DNA of 64,000 nucleotides from Eledone cirrhosa (taxonomy: Eukaryota). A program made the translations under genes and the position numbers. Below the pieces are notes generated by a model. That model did not search any database and had not been told where the DNA came from. It worked only from the letters and a program-made list of their open reading frames with translations. Shown in pieces: positions 18,001 to 31,492 of this stretch (the first letter of the stretch is position 1; each line of letters begins with the position of its first letter). The DNA lies in contig OZ024742.1 in the NCBI GenBank assembly GCA_964016885.1, forward strand, positions 259,098,001-259,162,000. The letters are read 5' to 3'.

Positions 18001-18356
18001 TTACTAATAGCAACACAGCAATAACCAGCTCTAACATCATTACTAAGACTATCGCAGCAATAAGCAACACCAACATCATTACTAATAGCAACACAGCAAT
18101 AACCAGCTCTAACATCATTACTAAGACTATCGCAGCAATAAGCAACACCAACATCATTACTAATAGCAACACAGCAATAACCAGCTCTAACATCATTACT
18201 AAGACTATCGCAGCAATAAGCAACACCAACACCATTACTAATGCCAACACAGAAATAACCAGCTCTACCATCATTTTCTAAGACTATCACAGCAATAAGC
18301 AATGCCAACATCATTACTAATGGCAACACAGCAATAAACAACTCTAACATCATTAC
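1..18356. repeat. Satellite array: 39-bp monomers (A: AACACCAACATCATTACTAATGRCAACRCAGCAATAACC; B: ARCTCTAACATCATWACTAAGACTATCACAGCAATAAGC) mostly alternating as a 78-bp dimer; about 470 monomers; runs off the left edge
   Basis: Periodicity read directly from base 1; array ends abruptly at ...CATCATTAC|AATTATCAG near 18356. Recurrent 1-bp insertion AATGACTAAC and 1-bp deletion ATAATTCCACC break the frame repeatedly. Confidence 0.97.
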
Positions 18357-18759
18357 AATTATCAGTTGATTATATTCTTTGTTATTTCACCCGCAACCAC
18401 TTTGTTTCCACCATTGTATCATTACTAGATATTTAATCAATTAAACAATACAGCTTCCAGGTACCGATCACTCAATATAATTTTATCATAAATAGTCTGT
18501 CTTCAAAATACGACAACCGCGCTATCCCCTTTAGTATAGCGCCATTATATAAACCAGAACACCACAAACACATCTGAAGCCACAATTTTACCACCGGCAA
18601 ATAAAAGGAAAAACGAGTATCAGAATCACGACTAAACGAATGAAGTAATTATTATTATCTCGATTAGAATGGAATCGACAGCCATCGTTTTCAACGATGA
18701 ATGTTTTTAATTCTGCGCATGAAATTTATGTGTAAGTGGCTGGGCATTCCATTCTTTTG

Positions 18760-19160
18760 TTGATTCAGCCTGGCACTGTGTGACAAAGCCAGTCCTATAA
18801 ATTATAGGTACAAGTAGCTTTTGCCCTCGTTGAGTGAAATGGAGGAATTTGAAATAACGATGGAACTTCGTCAGTTTCGACAATAAGTGTTCCACCTTTC
18901 AGCCATTGAAACAACCTGATCATGTTTTTAATGTACGTGTGGCTGAATAATCCTCATAGACGTTAACATTTAATGTAGTTCTCCTGGAGATTCAGCATGA
19001 AGCTATTTGGTAAGACAGGACCTTTGAAATACTGGTGCAACTCATTTTGGGCAATTGAATTACTGGAGCAATATGAAATGAAAGGATATCATTTAGACAC
19101 TAAGTGCCGCCAAGAGTTGAACCCACGACCTTAAAATAAGTATCCAACGCACTCTTACTG
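18760..19160 (-). mobile_element. Decayed SINE (family B-like)
   Basis: Shares blocks (...ACGTGTGGCTGAATA...; ...CTGGAGCAATATGAAATGAAAG...; TTGAACCCACGACC) with the regions at 61880-62200 and 63780-63947. Confidence 0.5.
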
Positions 19161-19949
19161 ATATGGAAATAGTTGTGGTATATTTACAGACTTAAATACT
19201 CAGACTGAGAAAACATAAATGTTTATTATGCATAAACGTACTGTATATTAATGTCCATATAAGACGTCATTTTGAAGCAAGCACTTTAGTGTTGCAGCTA
19301 AATAAAATAAGCTGTAATAGACAAATGGGGAACACAACATGACCAATTGGCTTCTTGGGCAAGAGTTATTTACCATATCTGGTGGACAGTCCATGCGTTA
19401 TGAGTGGAATTGGGCAAATGGAAACTGTTTGGAATCCCATTTTTAAATCAAAGGATCAGTTTAAAACACAATATCGCCTGCCATCTCCCTCTGAAATATG
19501 TTACGGATACAGATTTCAGCAAAATTCTCCACCATTTTCACGATAAATTAATAAGAAGAAAATTCGATTAATCGAACAACTAGAATGCTCATCAATGAAA
19601 CCGACGAATATCCATTCAATATTAATATACTGATGTTGCCATATGTTTCTGTTGCTGTTCATTTATTTTGGATTTGGATTTCAATAAATATATCTATTTC
19701 GTTATGAGAATCACATCCTATAAATTATTACATGTAGTGCCTTCCTTATATGGTATGGGTTAATATGCACTGGACAAGATCTCAGAATAGATAATGTTGT
19801 GAGATGACAGGAAACGGTTATTGATAGTCATTCGAATACTACGTTAAATCAGAGACAGTTATTAGAACTTCTCGGAACACAACCACATTTATCATCCATA
19901 TACTTTGCAACAACAAAGAGAATAGTCACCATAACCACCATAGCTTGCA

Positions 19950-20890
<941 letters not shown>

Positions 20891-21806
20891 CGTCACAATA
20901 CAAAGCTTGACCACTTATGTGTACATGATGCTCAGTCCTGGCACGAGGACCTGAGGATTTTTAGGCCAGGCATCCTTTTATAAAGCCGTCTACCTGAATT
21001 GCACATTAATTCTGCTGCAGCTTGAGCTGTCTGTATTGTCTGATCTTGGTGCATGTGTATGCGTTAAACCTTTCTTGGTTTCTACGCAGTGTGTTCCAGT
21101 TAGTTCAAATAACAGAACTGCTTGCTCGTGAAATTGATCACACAGCTGGCACATCATATACCCCGATGAAAGTCAAATTTCAAATTAAATTTTAATGCAA
21201 TTCTAAATATACCTTAGATACCTTGAATATCCTGGTCAGACAAGTCATTATACATTTAATTTCTAACCAACCCAACATGTTAGCAATCTTCGACCAGAAT
21301 ATAAACTAAATATTTGCTACGAAGAAGGAAGGTGGGTTTGATCTTATCAAATTTCGATCTTAGTAATCGATTTGTTCTATATCTTAAATAATCTCATTTG
21401 GTTAAGTCTCACATCAACGGCTTTGATTTGGTAGAACGTGACTTCGATTAGTTTTCATTCAATCGGTCCTTCCTTCGATTAATCTAATTTGATTACATCG
21501 GATTTTCATTAGTTTAATCTTGTCGGATGGGAAATTCTTTGTTGATTGATTTTTAGTCAAATATTTTTGAGGGTTTTCTTTATTGATTTTTGCTAATCGA
21601 ATTTTGTCGTTGATTTTGATGTTGTTTAATCTGTTATTTCTCATTTCGATAGGACAATATGCTTCAGTATAAACACCATCACCTTTGATGCTTTTATTAT
21701 ATTTTTTTTATTTTTTACTTTCTTTCTGTTTGTATATGTGCCATTAATATCTAGTGGAGATGTTTTCCTTTAAGCCAACTCTGTGTCTGCAAAAATTATA
21801 TATAAT

Positions 21807-21855
<49 letters not shown>

Positions 21856-21894
21856 GTGTGTATTTATACTTATGTATATATATACTTATGTATG

Positions 21895-22722
21895 TATCGG
21901 TACAGTATATGGAAGGGATATGTTAGGTTAACGATTTATGAGGAAGAGGACCTTAAAGTTTCGGACGCTAGTCCTTCATCAGGAGAAATAATGAGAAATA
22001 AGATAGATTGAGGGGACGGGTGAGTTGGAATTGGAAAAATGTCTTTAGATAAAAATAACAGGTCCATTCATCTTGACATCTCTTGGTAAACTGTTGGTGC
22101 TGGCGTTTTGTGTATGATTTATTTTTTAGAAAAGTGGATGATGGAGCGCGTCTACCTGAAATGGAAAAAATACGGTTTTGTAAAAAGTGATATACTTGTG
22201 CACGTGCATAAGCATGTGTGTGTGTGGGGGGGGGTTATTATACGTCCGTATGAAGCTAAGAAGAAATGTGTGTGTATATGTAAGTAAAAGAGTGTGTGTG
22301 TGCATGTAAGTAAAAAGCTATGAGCAAAAGTATGTTAATGCAAGGGTGTGTATATGAGTATACAGAGCAGTGAAGGGAAAAGTGTAGTGAGCATATTTAC
22401 TCGGTCTGTATTAGTTATAAGAGAAGATGTTAATGATCAAGTGAGAGCGATAGGAATCTTCGTGTGAATGTACAAGCACGTGATAATGGACGGGGTATTA
22501 AAGAAATTGGGTAGGTGAGTTGAGTCCAAGAGGGGAATAGGACCCAAGGCGGTGAATCAGGATTTGTTCAGTCCTGGTGCGCGAGGCCTGTGATCCATGA
22601 TGTAAAAGGACACCCAGGACTGAAACATGTAGGGAGGAATGACCAGGAGAACAGAAATGACGGGTGACGGGAGTATACAAACTGAGTCGTATGTCCCTCA
22701 AATGCTCAGCAAAACAAACTAT
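21895..22722 (-). mobile_element. 5'-truncated Penelope-like element remnant (GIY-YIG C-terminus, 3' UTR/pLTR with hammerhead-like core)
   Basis: Minus-strand translation [26 protein letters not shown]...RTRTEQILIHRLGSYSPLGLN matches the PLE endonuclease tail pattern (EH..DI...PV..HF...HS...E...I..L....P.GLN). Both ends abut TA/TG microsatellites. Confidence 0.8.
21945..21990 (-). ncRNA. Hammerhead-like core in PLE pLTR (stem I not intact)
   Basis: Minus strand: CTC-CTGATGA-A-GGAC-TAGC-GTCC-GAAAC-TTTAAG-GTC. Core boxes and stem II are perfect, but the flanks do not form stem I. Confidence 0.55.
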
Positions 22723-22725
22723 CTA

Positions 22726-22771
<46 letters not shown>

Positions 22772-22789
22772 TGTATATATAATGTGAAA

Positions 22790-22828
<39 letters not shown>

Positions 22829-22846
22829 TGTATATATAATGTGAAA

Positions 22847-22992
<146 letters not shown>

Positions 22993-25521
22993 ATATATGC
23001 ACATATATATATATGTGTGTGTGAGTGTGTGTGCATGTATATATATATATATTCGTGTGGGTCTGTTTCTGAATACGTGTATGTTCCTCTTTGATTGTTT
23101 CACGTAATCTAGTAGTTCTACAAAAAAGCGAGATCGTTGAAATAATTACAATAACGATGCTATCCACTAAATGAAGACGCTACAGCAACATGGGTGCGAG
23201 ATAATTATTCAATCCAGTCAATACTAAAGTGTATAATTCTGTTTTGACTTAACTTGCCTTTTGCCAAATTGGTGTTAAACCACCTATCTGGAATGTAATC
23301 TACAGAGTTGCTTTCCCCATTAGAATTCTTCTGATGTCTTTAATACACCCAATCCACTTTGTCTGACAGACTGAAGATAATAAGCTGGAATGAAAATTAA
23401 AATTCACAGCCTACATTTCGTACGTTTACCTGCCTGTCTATGAAGTTGTGCCATATAGATGTCGTAAAAAGCAATAGGAAATGAAGCATCTTACTCAACA
23501 CTACAACGTAGCGCCGGATCCAAGATTTGAAACGATGACCTTATGGAACCCATATCATTTGAAGTAGCTGGTATCCCAATTCATCAAACCTCCTCCCTAT
23601 TTAGAGCCAATCGGATAGAAATGTCTATTAACAAGAAAAATCTCCGCCAAATGGCATGTCGCTTTCAGCACACCCCTTCGTTATCTATTCGAGTAACACA
23701 CTCACAAGAAGCAACATTAAAACAGATACATTCGTATGTATAGTATTTTTAGCAGTACTTACTATTTGACGATAAAATATACTATAGAATAAAATTATCT
23801 TGTCTTTGGGAGATCCAGTGCATGTACTGGAGTCAATTCAATTAGGTTAACACAACCATCCAAATATTTATCCTATTTTCAATCTAACAAATCGATATTC
23901 AAGCATCATTCCTTTGATATACGTTTTTATCTCCATGTAGGTTTATACTGCTTTATATTTATGGCAGTTCGAGTTGAGAATTATGCTTTCATGTAATGAA
24001 TGAAAAATGGCAAAACCTGCAGAAAATCAAGAAGAGACATTACTAGGAAATATCCCTTTCTTTCACTTGCAAATTTCCAGCTTCTCTCAAGAGAATTAAT
24101 GACATCAATATGTTATATTTCATATCAAAACCACTTTGGCGTCTTAGTAATCTATGTTCAAAGAAGGCTACTTGATAAACATCTCTCATAAAATGTTTGT
24201 TAAGGCTCCTTCATTATATCTATTCCGATTGGTGCCATCTCACAGCTTAGACATAAACTAGCAGTCTTTCCATCAAATGCATTCCAGTCAAGACAATTTC
24301 ATATTATTGCCTATCTATGAATAAATTTCTATTTTTATATTTAATTGACAATATCATATTTGTGGATATTTAGCTATGTTTAGCAGGTCGCAAATCCACT
24401 TAGAGTAAACTTCTTACTGACTTCTTTGGAAGAATATATAATAATTTTCTTCAAATTAAACTGAGTTAAGGAAATGTCTTTTAGGCGTGATTACAACACA
24501 TTAATGAAGCCTCCTGGCCTAATGCTCCTGAAAAAAATTTCAAATGATGTTGTTCCATTTCACTCATCTTAAAATTAGTACCAACAGCATCTGGCCTTTA
24601 GCCTTGCGTCGGACAGACGAGAATAATTCGTGTATTGTCTGTTGCTTTACAGCCACCAAAATTAAATGTCTTAACTACTCAAAGCATAGTGTCAAAGAAT
24701 AGCATTGAAACTGATGACATTTGCACTGATAGATTATCTCATCAACCAACATACTCGATAAACTTTGACCATGTTTACATGAATCTAAAGATCAACAATT
24801 ACAAATAGAATCAGGTACGTGATTCCCGCTTGACGTCAAAGAAAAGGAAAGGAGGCAACATTTAACCGGAGCAAAGAAATTGCATTTCCTTTGGTCATCT
24901 TATTACTTATATGATATGTTATATGATATGTATGTTCCTGCAAAAGACGAGATTTGAAATTAAATTATACAGAACCCTATCAGATCTTTTAAAGTGTCAT
25001 CTCTGCGACTCTATTGGCAATTATTTTAGTCCACCCCTGTCCCAGTTTCACAAGTCGAGTGTCGAGGTGAGGTTATAGGAAATGAAAATTATGCAAGATA
25101 CACCGAGAACGAAACTTTGGACCTTCTTAACAATTCGGCCAAGTTGACTCCTGGTGTAAAAGAAGAAGGTACAAATGTAGACTCGATAATTAAGATACTA
25201 TTGGTCGGCGTTTGATTTCATCACAAAACTTAACATTTCTTTTATTGAAATGTCAATGTGGCTGTGGGTGACTTATTATCGATGGCATTGATTTCTTTTG
25301 GATACTATTGTGACTGTGAGTGACGTAATATAGAGCTCATGTAGTAGTGTTATTGTGGCTGTGGGTGACTTATTATTGATCCCATGTATTTGGGCTGTGA
25401 GTGACATATTATCGATCTCATTAAATCCTTGACATTTTCATAGCATTTCGAATTTAGATGAATTGTATTGACATTTACGTTTCGTTACTATTCTCAAAAC
25501 ATGTATCAGTGTGTCGTTTGA

Positions 25522-25576
<55 letters not shown>

Positions 25577-25591
25577 CATGTGTGTGTGTAT

Positions 25592-25630
<39 letters not shown>

Positions 25631-25832
25631 TGTGTGTGTGTGTTTATGTGTGCGTGCGTGCGTGTGTGTGTGTGAGTGTTTTGTGTGTATAAATGAAAAT
25701 GAATGGGTGTGCGTCGGTTTCGAATGCGAATAATCTACCAGAAAGTGAACTGCCGACTCACTGAATTGTAATGGGTCACACGTGCACACATGCGCGCGTA
25801 ATACATATACACAGGCATAAAATGCATTCTCA

Positions 25833-25933
25833 TGACTCCGATGGCTGAGCTCCGGCCGTTTCGACAGCTAGATCCGAACTGAATCGCCGGTCTTCGAACG
25901 GTGGATATCTAGATAAACTTATCAAGGGGTTCA
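25833..25933 (-). ncRNA. Decayed type I hammerhead motif with TTGATAA core
   Basis: Minus strand: TGAACCCC-TTGATAA-(long stem II ...CTAGAT.../...ATCTAG...)-GAAAC-GGC CGGAGCTCA GCC-ATC-GGAGTCA. Confidence 0.55.
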
Positions 25934-26875
25934 GTCCATTCAGTCAAAGCAAGAAACCAAAAAATCCACAAAAAATCTGAAGCGTTTGTTGTTTCTAGCT
26001 TTTCTCGGGAGTGGTCAGTGATCTAGGTAGGGGGTGGAGTTATGTTAGATCAAATGGCTGGTGTAGTCCCACGAAATATCGTGTATTTAATTTATTGCAT
26101 TCTTAGCAGTGTGGGGATAGACATGCGAAAATGAAAGGGGAGTGGATCGGTAGACTAATTGACCTGAAACTGCCTAGCTAGTCAGCCACGCGCACAAACT
26201 ATTAAGACAAATTTAATCATTATCAATTATTTCCAATCTGTAGAAATGATTTTATAGTAAACTTCATTTCAAGAGGGAAAGAAACAACGAGACAAAATAT
26301 ATTTTCAGTGTATATCTTTACACTTAGCTAAAAGGCTAAGCAATTATAATTTATTACTATTTCTCAATTGTCCATGGTTCCATGTTAATTAGTGAACGAG
26401 GTGCTATCTCCGTGTCATGGGGCAATCGATAACTAGATTTCTCTATGATAGGGAGAAATAGTAATAAATTATAATTGCTTAGCCTTTTAGCAAAGTGTAA
26501 AGATATAGCAAAAACATAAATACTCTTTGACTTATATACGCTGAAAATATATTTTCTCTCGTTGAGTTTCTTTCTCTCTTGAAATGAAGTTTACCACAAA
26601 AACCTTTCTACAGATTGGAAATAATTGATAAAGATAAAATCTCTCTTTATAGTTTGTGTGCGCGGCTGACTAGCTAGGCAGTTTCACTCCCCTTTCATTG
26701 TCACAGGTCTAGCCTCTCATCGCTAAGACTAATAAATAGAATTCACGACATTTAGTAGGCTTACACACCCATTTATCTCAGATACCCCACCTAGATCACT
26801 GACCACACCGGAGAAAAACTAGAAAACAACAAACTCTCACGATTTTTTTTTTTTTTTGTTTTACCACATATAGAC

Positions 26876-26975
26876 TGAACCACTTGATATGTTTAGCTAG
26901 TTCCCGGCGTTTGAAGATCAGTGATTCACTTCGGATCTAGCTGTCGAAACGGCCGGAGCTCAGCCGTCGGAGTCA
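26876..26975 (+). ncRNA. Decayed type I hammerhead motif (mirror copy)
   Basis: TGAACCAC-TTGATAT-GTTTAGCTAGTTCC...GGATCTAGCTGTC-GAAAC-GGC CGGAGCTCA GCC-GTC-GGAGTCA; 5-bp stem III (ACGGC/GCCGT) and GUC site intact. Confidence 0.55.
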
Positions 26976-26982
26976 TGAATCT

Positions 26983-27018
<36 letters not shown>

Positions 27019-27599
27019 GTGTTGTCTGTGTGTGTGTGTGTATGTGTGTGTGTTTGTGTTTGTGTGTGTGTGTGTAAATGTATATATATATAATGAGAAT
27101 GTCAAATCTAAAAAAGCGCCATTCAGACAAGTGGCATAGCACCTGTAATGTCAGTTCTAGGAATAAATCCGAGCATTCATTGTAAAATTTAAAAAAAACA
27201 ACGATTGATATATACTTAAATATATCAAGCATTAACAGGAGGACATTTGTGTAACGATGTAAGAACATATATCTAATTCCAAAAGACTGCATATTTAAAA
27301 TATAAATGCCTAAATTTCCGTACGGATTTGTATTTAGTGGTGTGAGCTCATAGATCAATTAACCTTGAACTGTTGATCCATGGATTGACTATGGAACTCA
27401 GGCATTCATTTGGTGTAACATATTTTTAAGCAATAATAGAATACACGTGCATGGATATAAATAATTACTGAAATTTAGGTATTTACATTATAAATATGCT
27501 GTCTGTTGGAATTAGATATATGTCCTTACATCGCTTTATAAATTTTCTCTTATTAATGTTTGCTATATTTAAGTATATGTCAATCCTTTTTTGAAATTT

Positions 27600-27717
27600 T
27601 ATATATATATATATACATATATATATACATATATATATATGTATGTCTGTATATATATATATATATATACATGTATATACATATATATATACATATATAT
27701 ATGAGTGTATATATATA

Positions 27718-27788
<71 letters not shown>

Positions 27789-27967
27789 GTATGTATATAT
27801 ATATATATATATACATGTATATACATATATATATACATATATATATGTGTGTATATATATATGTGTGTGTATATATATATATATATGTATATATATACAT
27901 ATATATACATATATATACATATATATATGTGTGTGTGAATGTATATATGAGGGTGAGTGCGTGTGTG

Positions 27968-28020
<53 letters not shown>
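27600..28020. repeat. (TA)n-rich compound microsatellite followed by (GA)n
   Basis: Direct reading; source of the many YI/ER-repeat ORFs. Confidence 0.9.
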
Positions 28021-28024
<4 letters not shown>

Positions 28025-28339
28025 AGGGGGGAGAGATGTATGTGTGTATTAGTTAAGAATACTTTACTTCTTTCCAGCAAATAGTCGGTTAATTGTAAGA
28101 GAAGAGGATTTCACATTCCTAATTTGAGCGATAAGCAGCTTTCGCCCGTCTCAGATGTTATTATTTTAGAGATGAGAATAATTACATAGCTGTATTCTTA
28201 GTGTAATTCAATAACACGTGAATAACAATTGCATGAACGTCGCTTGGTATTTAGATGTGAATTTGTTGCAAATTATATTCAAGTGCGGTGGCTAACTAGT
28301 GATGGGAACATATCAACACTATTGATTTGTTGGTAGACA

Positions 28340-28390
<51 letters not shown>

Positions 28391-28416
28391 AATATAAAAA
28401 TCTATATATATATATA

Positions 28417-29229
28417 CTAGCAGCAGTACCCAGCGTTGCCTGGGTAGGTAAACTAATATCTGCTTTGATGAAAAGCTGATGATCTTAGCGACTGCGTCTC
28501 AATGACTCATCTATGGCCACACAGAGGCCATTGGGGGGGCCTCTATCACTGAGAAACTCGGGTGAGTGACGAAGGTGTATGCTGGGTGAGGGAGTTTCGA
28601 ATTTGAACGAAATCGGTTGAAAAATGTGGGAGCTAGAGCCGAAAAGGTGGAAATTTGAGCGAAAAGGTCGTAATTTGGAATATTTAAGCGGCTGCCTCGC
28701 CGTTCCTGAACAAAATATCCGAAATGTAAAGTCACTTTAAGACGTGAAATGATCAGATCTAGCGTAGTCTAAAATTTGACTAAAGTAGGTTGATTAATGT
28801 GGGAGCTAGAGCCGAAAAAGTGAATATGTGAGTCTAAAAGTGGTATTTTTGAATATTTAAGCGGCTGCCACGCCGTCCCTGAACAACAAATGCAAAATAT
28901 AAAGCCATTACAGGATGTGCAATGATAAATTCTATTTTGCTTTAAATTTTGAACGAAATTGGTGCAAAATGTGGGAGCTACAGCCAAAAATCTTATTTTT
29001 CGAAACCTAAAAAAAGGTGACACCCCCCCCCCCTCCCTATCGATTTTTATATGCAGAATGACCCCGAAATAAAAAAAAAAACGATTCGCTGATATATAGA
29101 AAACACTCCCCGATGACTAATCTATAAGCCTGTAAAGTTTCATGAAAATCGGTCGTAAGATGTAGGCCCCTATAGGTAATACACAGACACACAGACACAC
29201 ACACATACTTAATTTTATATATATACAGA
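28417..29229 (-). mobile_element. Non-autonomous Helitron-type element
   Basis: Minus strand starts A|TCTGTATATATATAAAA (29229) and ends with hairpin TACCCAG-N6-CTGGGTA (28427-28446) then CTAG|T (28417). Inserted between A and T with no TSD. Internal subrepeats of about 175 bp (AATGTGGGAGCTA at about 28623, 28797, 28968). Confidence 0.85.
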
Positions 29230-30672
29230 TATATATAACGAGATAGAAATTATAGAGGCTAGTGCACGTGTCAGATTTCACTGTTACCTACAAATTGGAC
29301 AACAATTATCTTGAATAGAATTTCGAGGCTTTTTGGATATTTATCAGAGGATATGAATCTTATATAAATAATCCCACATACGTAACTGGAGGTGGGGGGG
29401 GGCTGATATTCCCAGTCAAAAATACTAATATCACTAAAAGTTGTTAGTGAGTTGGATATTTCTAAAGATGTTCTGATTTCAAATTGTGCTGAGATCGACC
29501 AGGAAAGTACCAGCCTCGAGTTGAGGCAGCCCACTTTTCTCCTGTTTGTCACACTATACAATTTCCGCAGGATAAAGGGAAAGATTTGTATCTGATTACG
29601 TAAAAAAGGGGACGTAAAGTTATTAGAGAGAGAATATGGTTCAGTCTACCAAGTGATGAAAGATTGCGATATATATATATATATACATAGAAAGTGAGAG
29701 ACAGAAAGAGAGTGAGAGCGTCAGGTTCGATCAATAATAGATCGTTCCTCGAGCTGATCGACAGTGAAACATATGTAATATGTTATTAAATATGTTATGA
29801 TGCAACATTGATTCATATATATATATATTCATACCCGCACTGGCCGGTGTGTTGAAAGTACATCCATATATAGAATACTCAATCATTGACTGACCGTATA
29901 CTCTATATATGCGGTGAGACTTTAAATTTTGTTTTACACTCGCTGAAATGTGCCACTACTTTAAATTACCATCCTTGGCATATTTTTGTGCTCTATTGAA
30001 CCAACGTAGTAATTACATTCAGGGTACACTCGATCACTTACATGTTAAATCACAGTTTGAATTTTCAGTTAATGAAATGTCTAAATGCTCATCAATGATT
30101 GTGTTTACATCGTCGTCGTTGTTGTCATCAGTGGTTTTCTCTGTGCTAGTAATTTGATTTTGCGTGAATAAACAATTCACAATTTCGCTAAGATTCCAAT
30201 CTCTATCTACAATTTTCTGAATATTTGTCAGTGTTTGTCTCGGGAGTTTTCCACAATTGATATAGTTTTGTGTGTTAAGGAGCACTTTAAATGTCAACTT
30301 GATCTTCTCCATAGGAACGCAAATATCTAACTTCGTTTCATGATGTTTGAAAATATCATGAGTGCATGTAAGCAATGGAATTTACATAATACAGTTTAAT
30401 TAACAATAGTAGTAACACAGTGTGAATCAGAATAGAGGCATGTATGGGGACACGTGAAACATCTCAATGAGAAAGCATAGATATACACTGAGTATTTCAA
30501 TGGTGTAGCTGTGACGATCAAAGCTTAAAATACATTGGGTGGGTTTATTATATATAAGCATAATCAATGTTTATAATAGACATACAATCGCGCTGCGAGT
30601 ATCTTACTGGGGGAGCTGTAATGATCACAGCTTAACATTCACACAACGAATCTATTTGTATCTTCATTATAT

Positions 30673-30861
30673 ATAATTGTTTCTACTTTAGGCACAAGGC
30701 CAGCAATTACCCAGTGCATTACTGGTACTTTATTTTATCGACCCCGTAAGGATGAAAGGCAAAGTCAACCTCGGCGGGATTTGAACTCAGATCGTAAAGG
30801 GACGTAACTATGCTGGAAAGCATGGCGTCCGACCCTCTACCGATACTGCCAATCCACCGCC
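30673..30861 (-). mobile_element. tRNA-derived SINE family A, full length
   Basis: Minus strand GGCGGTGGATTGGCAGTATCGGTAGAG (A box)...GAGTTCAAATCC (B box)...GCCTTTCATCCTTACGGGGTCGATAAAATAAAGTACCAG; near-identical copy at 51614-51800. Confidence 0.9.
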
Positions 30862-31354
30862 ATATAATGATATTTATATACTTCTTTATACAATACAATT
30901 TAAACAAGAAGCAAGTCAAATATACTATTTGGTGTCAATTGCAGAATTGTACTTGCTTGTTGCCATTTTTTGTATTCTGCAAAGAGTAGTGGAAGATATT
31001 TCAATTCACGATCGTCGGGACGTAATTTAGGTTCCCAATTACTCGTTGTGTCCTTGAGCAAGAAACATTATGACACTTTGCTCCAGTTCATTCAGCAGGA
31101 ATAATTCAGTTGTACCGAGTTGTACCTGTAATTCAAATGGCCAGACATGTATCACAGTTTCTCTCTGAATATCCCTAAGAATTAAGTTAAGGTTGCACAT
31201 ATATAGAGAATACGCATCCAGTTGCATTTAAATTTCAGGAAAGGTTGTTCCATGTTGGAAGTACATAAAACTGGTCATCGCAATCAACGTTAGTCCAGAA
31301 ACAAGTACAGCAGAAGGGAGAAGAGTGGAGTAGTAGTAGTAATAGTAGTAGTAG

Positions 31355-31492
31355 TAATTGTTTCTACTTTTTGGCACAAGGCCAACAATTTTGGGGGAGG
31401 GGAAAGTCAATCTAATCGACTCCAGTGCGTGACTCGTACTTTATTTTAAGGAGGAAAGCCAAAGTTAACCTCGGCACGATTTGATCTCAGAC
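31355..31492 (-). mobile_element. SINE family A, partial
   Basis: TAATTGTTTCTACTTTTTGGCACAAGGCCA...AAAGTTAACCTCGGC...GATTTGATCTCAG; tail grades into (TAG)n. Confidence 0.75.

Larger units (their letters stand above)
25830..26978. mobile_element. Fold-back element, about 1.15 kb (arms 25830-26365 and 26453-26978), with a decayed hammerhead near each outer end
   Basis: TCATGACTCCGATGGCTGAGCTCCGGCCGTTTCGACAGCTAGATCCGAA at left is mirrored at 26930-26978. Complementarity continues, with indels, to TTATTACTATTTCTC / GAGAAATAGTAATAA. Confidence 0.9.

Noticed and set aside
775-18353. Giant ORFs (hydrophobic LVMML repeats, CC-containing repeats, N/T/I repeats) as real membrane or structural proteins
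   Set aside because: They are alternative frames of one satellite. Few single substitutions can create stops in these codons, frameshifts were co-amplified, and there are no unique N- or C-terminal domains.
1-18356. CRISPR-like repeat-spacer array
   Set aside because: No unique spacers, eukaryotic context, no cas genes.
24653-24814. Plus-strand exon with good acceptor (TTTACAG) and donor (CAG|GTACGT)
   Set aside because: All three frames contain stops and no partner exons are evident; could be non-coding but is unsupported.
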